Origin: an uncultured Candidatus Rokubacteria bacterium
GTDB lineage: Bacteria > Methylomirabilota > Methylomirabilia > Rokubacteriales > CSP1-6
NCBI GenBank assembly: GCA_963762145.1
Contig: CAVXJS010000021.1
Location: 480,001-544,000 of the forward strand
DNA: 64,000 nt
Reading direction: 5' to 3'
Part shown: positions 57,563-64,000 of the stretch, piece after piece
How positions within the stretch are numbered: the first letter of the stretch is position 1
Layout of the letters: each line of letters opens with the position of its first letter
Notes under the pieces: model-generated
Told to the model about the DNA's origin: nothing
The model's database searches: none
Seen by the model: the letters and a program-made list of their open reading frames with translations, nothing else
Made by a program: the position numbers and the translations under genes

Positions 57563-58509
57563 AGATGCCCGAGCGCGTGACGATCTGCGAGGTAGGGACG
57601 CGGGACGGATTCCAGATCGAGCCCGAGTTCATCTCGACCGCGGACAAGATCGACGTGGTGAACCGGCTATCCACGGCCGGCCTCCCCCGCATAGAAGTGA
57701 CCTCGTTCGTGTCGCCCAAGGCGATCCCCCAGCTCCGGGACGCGGCCGAGGTCATGGCCGCCATCACGCGGCGGCCGGGCACGATCTACTCGGCGCTGGT
57801 GCCCAACGACAAGGGCGCGGTGCGGGCGGTGGACGCGCGGGTGGACGAGATCCACACCGTGGTCTCGGCCAGCGAGAGCCACAACCTGGCCAACGTGAAC
57901 ATGACCATCGCGGAGTCGCTCGCCAAGCTCGGCGCGGTGGCGGAGGTGGCCCGCCGCGCGGGCGTGCCGGTCGTCTCCGGCATCTCCTGCTCGTTCGGCT
58001 GCCCCTTCGAGGGCGACGTGCCGGTCGCCCATCTCGAGTCGGTGGTCGCGCGCCTGGTGGACCTGGGCGCCCGCGGCATCGGCCTGGCCGACACCACCGG
58101 CATGGCCAATCCCGCGCAGGTCGGCCGCGTCCTCGAGCGCCTGGTCCCGCGCTTCCCCGGCGTCGAGTGGACGCTCCACACCCACGACACGCGGGCGATG
58201 GCGATCCCGAACATCCTGGCCGCGATGGAGCACGGGGTGACCCACTTCGACGCCTCCATCGGCGGGCTCGGCGGCTGCCCCTTCGCGCCCGGCGCCTCCG
58301 GCAACGTGTGCACCGAGGATCTGATCCACTGCCTGCACGCGATGGGGGTGGCGACCGGCGTGGATCTCGACGCGCTGATCGAGACCTCGAAGCGCGTGCA
58401 GCAGATCGTCGGGCGCGGCCTCCCCGGCCAGCTCGTGAAAGCGGGCAAGTGGGACCGCCGCTATCCGCTCCCGGACGGGGTGCGCGAGCGCATCCCCGCG
58501 CGCGCATGA
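57559..58509 (+). CDS. HMG-CoA lyase-family lyase
   Basis: EVGTRDGFQ, LADTTG, HTHDT, GGLGGCPFAPGASGN. Confidence 0.92.
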   Translation: MKMPERVTICEVGTRDGFQIEPEFISTADKIDVVNRLSTAGLPRIEVTSFVSPKAIPQLRDAAEVMAAITRRPGTIYSALVPNDKGAVRAVDARVDEIHTVVSASESHNLANVNMTIAESLAKLGAVAEVARRAGVPVVSGISCSFGCPFEGDVPVAHLESVVARLVDLGARGIGLADTTGMANPAQVGRVLERLVPRFPGVEWTLHTHDTRAMAIPNILAAMEHGVTHFDASIGGLGGCPFAPGASGNVCTEDLIHCLHAMGVATGVDLDALIETSKRVQQIVGRGLPGQLVKAGKWDRRYPLPDGVRERIPARA

Positions 58510-59063
58510 CCAAGACCGCTCAGCGGATGCTGCGGTTGATGGATAAAGCCGTCACCGAGTGGACCCTCCCGGTGATCGGCCGCGAGAAGGGGCGCGTGCT
58601 GCGCCGCCTGCTGCTCAAGCACAAGCCGCGCCGGGGCATCGAGGTGGGCTCGCTGTTCGGCTACTCCGCGATCCTCGTGGCCGGCCACCTGGCCCGCGGC
58701 GGTCGGCTCACCTGCGTGGAGCAGAATCCCTACCTCGCCAAGTTCGTCGAGTACAACGCGAAGGCCGCCGGCCTCGGCTCCCGCGTGAAGGTCGTGGCGG
58801 GCGACGCGCTGCGCGTGCTGCCGCTGCTACGCGGCCCGGTGGACTTCTTCCTGATCGACGCCAAGAAGGAGGACTACCTCGACTACCTGCGCGCGGTGGA
58901 GCCGCGCCTGCGCCGGGGCGCCCTGGTCGTGGCCGACAATACCGGCATGTTCCGCCGCGACGTGAAGCCCTACCTCGAGCACGTGCGCGCGGGCGGCCGC
59001 TACGAGAGCCGCGAGCACGACTTCGGCTTCGACTGCATGGAAGCTTCCGTGTTCCGCGGATAG
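58506..59063 (+). CDS. Class I SAM-dependent O-methyltransferase
   Basis: IEVGSLFGYS, GDAL, IDAKK, VADN. Confidence 0.88.
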   Translation: MTKTAQRMLRLMDKAVTEWTLPVIGREKGRVLRRLLLKHKPRRGIEVGSLFGYSAILVAGHLARGGRLTCVEQNPYLAKFVEYNAKAAGLGSRVKVVAGDALRVLPLLRGPVDFFLIDAKKEDYLDYLRAVEPRLRRGALVVADNTGMFRRDVKPYLEHVRAGGRYESREHDFGFDCMEASVFRG

Positions 59064-59072
59064 CGCCCCCTC

Positions 59073-59576
59073 ATGTTCGGCGAGCAGCACGACCCGGAGT
59101 TCCTCAAGCATCTCTTCGAGACCACCGAGATCCTGCGCAAGCCGGTGGCCGGGATCATCGCGGGCTACCACGTGCTGCCCTATATCCTGGTGGGCCCGCA
59201 GGAGGCGAAGCCCGCCTCGTCGGTCGAGATCCGCGGCAAGATCAAGGTCTCCCCGCGCCTGGTGCTGGCCCCCGGGCGCGCGGGCCAGACCTACGGCGAT
59301 CTCTTCAAGGAGAGCGAGCTGATGGACGAGGCCCTGATCGCGCGGGTCTTCTCCTTCGCCTACTCGAATCGCCACCAGGTGACGCTCGAGAGCGAGGACC
59401 TCAAGATCCAGCGCTGGGACCGCAACCCGCAGGCGCAGGTCGAGCGGGCGCTCGACGAGCTCGCGCAGCGGGAGGTCATCAATACCGGCGTGATCCTCGC
59501 CCCCAACGTCAGGTTCTACCCGGTCTCGCTCGACCGGTTCATCACCGAGATCCTCGACCAGGAGTTCAAGCCGTAG
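59073..59576 (+). CDS. Hypothetical protein (167 aa)
   Basis: Clean GC3-biased ORF in the operon; no recognised domain. Confidence 0.8.
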   Translation: MFGEQHDPEFLKHLFETTEILRKPVAGIIAGYHVLPYILVGPQEAKPASSVEIRGKIKVSPRLVLAPGRAGQTYGDLFKESELMDEALIARVFSFAYSNRHQVTLESEDLKIQRWDRNPQAQVERALDELAQREVINTGVILAPNVRFYPVSLDRFITEILDQEFKP

Positions 59577-59596
59577 GCTCACGCCCGGCGACCGTC

Positions 59597-60148
59597 ATGC
59601 CGACCATGGAGGAGTACCTCACCCGGCCCGTCGGCGATCGGCTCGCGCGGCTCCGGAGCACGCCCGCCGAGGTGGCCAGCTTGCTAGACGGCAAGGACGA
59701 TCGAGCCCTGTCGCGCCGCGCGGAGCCGCGGAGCTGGGCCCCGAAAGAAATCGTGTGTCATCTTCGGGATGTCGAGGAGCTCTTCCTGGTCCGCTTCCAG
59801 ACCATCCTCGCGGTGGAGGATCCGCCGATCCTGACGCTCAGCGCGACCCCGGACGCGCTGGCCCGCTGGGGCATCGGCGGCGCGATCGGCCATCCGCTCG
59901 ATCCGGACCGATGGGCGGAGGAGCGCCAGTACGCGCGCTGCGACGGCCCCGCGGCGCTCGAGGCGTTTCGCCGGCGGCGGAGCGAGGTGATCGACCTGCT
60001 CGGCGCCCTCGAGCCCCGGCAATGGCGGCGCGCCGGCATCCACCTGGCGCGGGGGCGCATGGAGCTCGCCGAATGGGTGGCGAGCCTGGCCGGCCACGAC
60101 GACAATCATCTGGAGCAGCTCCGGCGCGCGGTCGATGGCCGGCCCTGA
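59597..60148 (+). CDS. DinB/YfiT-family protein
   Basis: WAPKEIVCHLRD...GHDDNHLEQL. Confidence 0.88.
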   Translation: MPTMEEYLTRPVGDRLARLRSTPAEVASLLDGKDDRALSRRAEPRSWAPKEIVCHLRDVEELFLVRFQTILAVEDPPILTLSATPDALARWGIGGAIGHPLDPDRWAEERQYARCDGPAALEAFRRRRSEVIDLLGALEPRQWRRAGIHLARGRMELAEWVASLAGHDDNHLEQLRRAVDGRP

Positions 60149-60181
60149 GCCCCACGACCGCCATCGCCCCTGGAGAACGCC

Positions 60182-60976
60182 ATGACCACCGAGACTTACG
60201 ACTGGGACGCCATCGTCAACGGCCTCAACCAGTACCTGCGCCTGCGCACGATCCCCATCGGCATGAAGCTCTTCGAGACCGTCGAGGAGATGGAGGCCAT
60301 CCCCAAGATCCGCCGGCCCAAGAGCAAGCACACCACCGACCAGATCGTGGCCCAGGCGCGCCAGCTCGGCTGGACGGTCGGCATCACGATGGCCGACCTC
60401 GTCGGCGCGCAGTGCGGCGCGGTGATCGGGCTCCATCCCCAGGACGAGGAGTGGCTCTCCGGCAAGCGCATGGCCGGCGTGTGGTTCAAGACCCAGGAGG
60501 ACGCGAGCCTCCACCAGCACGCGATGGACTGCGTGCCACACGGACGCTACCGCGCGATGGCGGTGGCCCCCCTCACCTCCGGGCGCCTCGACCCGCCCGA
60601 CATCTGCCTGATCTACGGCACGCCGGGTCAGATGATCTTCTTCATCAACGGGTTGCAGTGGATCGGCTACAAGAAGATGGCGTTCACGTCGGTGGGCGAG
60701 TCGGCCTGCGCGGATTCCTGGGGCAAGGCCCTCAAGACCGGCGAGCCCGCGCTGACCATTCCCTGCTACGCGGAGCGCCGTTACGGCGGCGTGGCCGACG
60801 ACGAGCTCCTGATGGCGATCCCGCCGCGCTTCCTGCCCAAGGTGGTGGAGGGCCTGGCCGCGCTCAGCAAGAACGGCCTGCGCTACCCGATTCCGCCCTA
60901 CGGCATCCAGAGCGACGCGGGGGCGGGCCTCTCGGTCAGCTACCCGGGCGCGCCGGCGGCCTCGAGCGGACGCTGA
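60182..60976 (+). CDS. DUF169-family protein (second paralog)
   Basis: PIGMKL, QCGAVIGL, ESACAD, PCYAERRYGGV. Confidence 0.82.
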   Translation: MTTETYDWDAIVNGLNQYLRLRTIPIGMKLFETVEEMEAIPKIRRPKSKHTTDQIVAQARQLGWTVGITMADLVGAQCGAVIGLHPQDEEWLSGKRMAGVWFKTQEDASLHQHAMDCVPHGRYRAMAVAPLTSGRLDPPDICLIYGTPGQMIFFINGLQWIGYKKMAFTSVGESACADSWGKALKTGEPALTIPCYAERRYGGVADDELLMAIPPRFLPKVVEGLAALSKNGLRYPIPPYGIQSDAGAGLSVSYPGAPAASSGR

Positions 60977-60980
60977 CGGC

Positions 60981-62375
60981 TCAGAGCCCGAGCGCCTCGG
61001 CCACCAGCCGGGCCAGCTCGCGGCGCAGCGCGTCCCGCTCGGGCGCGCGCGCCGGCTCGTCGTGGAGGTTGCGCAGCTCGTAGGGATCGGCGACGAGGTC
61101 GTACAGCTCGTCCACCCCGTCGCGGTTGACCCAGTGGATGAGCTTGGCCCGCTCGGTGCGCACCGCCTTGTAGCTCATCCCCACCAGCCAGGGCATCGCG
61201 TTCTCGCTCCAGTACTCGACGAGGAACGAGGTGCGCCAGTCGGCCGGGCGCCGGCCCCCGAGCAGCGGAACCAGCGAGCGCCCCTGCACCTGCGGGCCCG
61301 GCGTCCCGCCCGCGAGCTCGAGCATGGTGGGCGCGATGTCGAGCGCGAGCACGAGCGCGTCGGGCCGGCTGCCCGCGCGCACCAGCGGCGGGTAGCGCAC
61401 CAGGAAGGGCGACCGGATCCCTTCCTCGTAGGCGAAGCGCCGCTCCGGCCCGAGCGCGTGCTCGCCGAAGAAGTAGCCGTTGTCGCCGAGGAAGACGATG
61501 CAGGTGCGGTCGAGCTGCCCGGTGCGCTCGAGCGCGTCGAGGAGCATCCCGATGCCCTCGTCGACCGACGCCATCATGCACGCGCGCAGGCGAATCTCCT
61601 CCTGCGTCCCCGCGTGGATCGCGGCCAGCACCGCCTGGGCGCGCTCCGTCGCCTTGAGCCGGAAGGCCTCCGCCCAGGCCGGCTTCTCCCGCACGACCTC
61701 CTCGGGCGGCAGCACGTTCGGCCGCGGGGGAAACACGCGGCCCCGGTAGAGATCCTGGTGGCGCACCGCGGGCTTGTAGCCGCCGTGGCGCGTGAGGTCG
61801 AGCGTGCCGTCGGCGGCCTGGTGCGCGTCCGGGTGCACCGCCTTGTGGGCGAAGAAGAGGCTCCACGGCTTCGGGCGCGGGCGCTCGACGAATGCCAGGG
61901 CCTCCGCGTTCAGCACGTCGGTCACGTAGCCCGGCGCCGCGCGACGCTCGCCGTCCACGTTCAGCTCCGGATCGAAGAGCTTGCCGTGCCCGTCGAAGCT
62001 CACCCAGCGGTCGTAGCCGGGGCGCGGGGAGCCGTCGTTGCCCATGTGCCACTTGCCCACGTGCGCGGTCTCGTAGCCCAGGCGCTGCAGCTCCAGGTGG
62101 TAGTTCGGCAGCCGGTGGCTCGCCGCGTCGCGCGCCACGTTGTCGATGATGCCGTGGCGGCTCGCGTACTGGCCGGTCGCGATGCACGCCCGGTTGGGCG
62201 AGCACAGTGGCGTGGTGTGAAACGCATTGGGGCACATCGCGCCCTCGCGGGCGAGGCGGTCCACGTGGGGCGTCAGCATGTACGGATGCCCGCCCGCGCC
62301 GAACTCGTCGAAGCGGAGGTCGTCGATCAGGATCACGAGCAGGTTGGGGCGCGTGGTCGCGGGCGGCGAAGGCAC
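60981..62375 (-). CDS. Formylglycine-dependent sulfatase (GlcNAc-6-sulfatase-like)
   Basis: IDDLR, CSPNRA (CxPxR), GKWH, HKAVH, GDNG. Confidence 0.92.
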   Translation of the reverse strand: MPSPPATTRPNLLVILIDDLRFDEFGAGGHPYMLTPHVDRLAREGAMCPNAFHTTPLCSPNRACIATGQYASRHGIIDNVARDAASHRLPNYHLELQRLGYETAHVGKWHMGNDGSPRPGYDRWVSFDGHGKLFDPELNVDGERRAAPGYVTDVLNAEALAFVERPRPKPWSLFFAHKAVHPDAHQAADGTLDLTRHGGYKPAVRHQDLYRGRVFPPRPNVLPPEEVVREKPAWAEAFRLKATERAQAVLAAIHAGTQEEIRLRACMMASVDEGIGMLLDALERTGQLDRTCIVFLGDNGYFFGEHALGPERRFAYEEGIRSPFLVRYPPLVRAGSRPDALVLALDIAPTMLELAGGTPGPQVQGRSLVPLLGGRRPADWRTSFLVEYWSENAMPWLVGMSYKAVRTERAKLIHWVNRDGVDELYDLVADPYELRNLHDEPARAPERDALRRELARLVAEALGL

Positions 62376-62402
62376 CCCGGCAGCCTAGCACGGCCGGGGC
62401 GA

Positions 62403-63851
62403 TCACTTGCTGATGGTGATCGGGACCCCCACCTGGGATACGTCCGTGACCGTCATGTGGAATCCCTGATACAGGATCCGGAAGGCGGTCCGGTCCCACA
62501 CGGTGCTCGTACCGGAGCCGCAGCGTCGCGTGCAGCCAGATCCGATCCCGCTTGGCGAAGTTCTCGATGTGCAGCGACGCGAACCGCCGTTCGGGATGGA
62601 GACCACCGTCCGGTCCAGCGTGCGGACTTGCGTCGATCGGAGCTCGATCCGCTCGACGGTGCCGAGCTGCTCGCCGAACCGGCAGAAGTCGCCCACCTGC
62701 ACCGGCTGGTCGGCGACCAGCGAGGCGCCCCCAAGAGGTGCTCGACGGTCTTCTGCGCGGCGAGCGCGAGAGCGATGCCGCCCACCCCGAGCCCCGCGAT
62801 GAGCGCGCTGACGTGCACGCCCATCGCCTCGAGCAGCGAGAAGAACCCGAGCAGGAGCACCAGGAGCTTCAGCGCCCGCTGGGCCAGACCGGCCACCGCG
62901 ATCTTCGCCTCGTGGCTCTGCCCTTCCACGAGCTTGTCGCCGCCCACGTCGACCAGGCGCAGGAGGAGCCACGTCACCCCGACGACCACGACCACCTCCT
63001 CGACCGTCACGAAGGCGTGATGCACGGCCACCGCGAGGCCGAGCAGGCGGCGCGTCACGTGGAACAGGGCCACCGCGATCAGCAGACGGATCGGAGCGCG
63101 CGCCGCCTCCAGGTCTGCAAGACGCCCGCCGGCTGACCGCGGGTGGAAAGCGCGCGGAAGAGCCACATGATCGGCATGACGAGGAGCGAGGCCACGAGGA
63201 GTGAGACGGGCACGAGACACAGCAGCGCGATCCACTGCCACAGCGCGATCTCGAGGAACGCGCACCTCGACGAACATCGGCGGGAGGCGATCTCCCACCG
63301 GCCCGTAGCCGATCTCCGCGTACAGCGCCGGGATCCGGGCCGAGGTTCCGGGGCCGATCTTCCAGATCGGCACGCCGTCCTCGCCCGGGACGCGGTCGAG
63401 GAAGAGGGTCACGCCGCCTCTCTTCGTCTCGATCCGGCCGATCACCTCGCGGCTGGGCGGCTGGCCGTCGTGGAGGAGGCCGTCCGGCTCATCGGAGAGC
63501 TCGGCGGGATCCACCGGCAAGGCCTGGTCCAGAACCACGCGCAGGTGGCGCGCCAGGATCGGTCCCTGCCTCGCCGCCTCGTCGGCCGGAAAGCGGCTCA
63601 GGTCGAGATACGCCGCCGCGCGCTCGTAGTCGCGGCGATCCGTGGCGGTGAGGAAGCCCCGGACGGTGCCGCGCGGGGTCGTGCGGCCGAACTCGTCCGG
63701 AGGCAGGATCCCGGGGCGCCTTCGGCGGCGCCGCGGCGACGGGGCCCGCGGGCCCCGGGGCACCCGGGGCCTGCGCGTGACCTCCGCCCGCCGCCGACAT
63801 CAGGATCCCGGCGGCCAGCAAGAGGATCCCCCACCGCCCTCGCGGTGACAT
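62403..63851 (-). pseudogene. MscS-family channel, multiply frameshifted and 3'-truncated
   Basis: GRTTPRGTV, AGLGVGGIALALAAQKT, VGDFCRFG, LRSTQVRT and ENFAKRD lie in different frames. Confidence 0.75.
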
Positions 63852-64000
63852 CGGCGCCGAGACGCGTGATGCGACCAACCATCGGCAATTCCCCCAGGCG
63901 TCCTCGTGACCGCGGCCGAGGCGCGCTACCGTGAGGCGGTCGGAAACAGGTAGGCTCTTCGAGACTCCGCCCACCATACCGTCCGGTCATCCGGGCTGCA

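Overview
A very GC-rich bacterial chromosome segment with about 60 tightly packed genes. mlaC implies a diderm, and the gene content resembles Rokubacteria/Methylomirabilota (inference only). No rRNA, tRNA, CRISPR array, integrase or transposase was seen. Main blocks: two class III nucleotide cyclases with non-canonical purine-specifying residues; a hcmB-hcl-hcmA 2-hydroxyisobutyryl-CoA mutase operon translationally coupled to an epoxide hydrolase; hemE-hemH-hemY; a citrate synthase/aconitase/PrpF/acyl-CoA dehydrogenase/crotonase/MetE-like/Liv-ABC catabolic operon; a CoA-transferase/crotonase/ACAD/HMGL cluster flanked by two DUF169 genes; two hybrid histidine kinases; and a broken mscS. Non-coding signals: three sigma54-type promoters (one driving an unannotated zinc-ribbon microprotein plus a small membrane protein), many leaderless -10 boxes, and a BoxC-like palindromic repeat family, one doublet of which sits in frame inside the N-terminus of HemH. 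About ten indels break otherwise intact genes and are most likely sequencing errors. All homology calls come from recognised motifs, not database searches.
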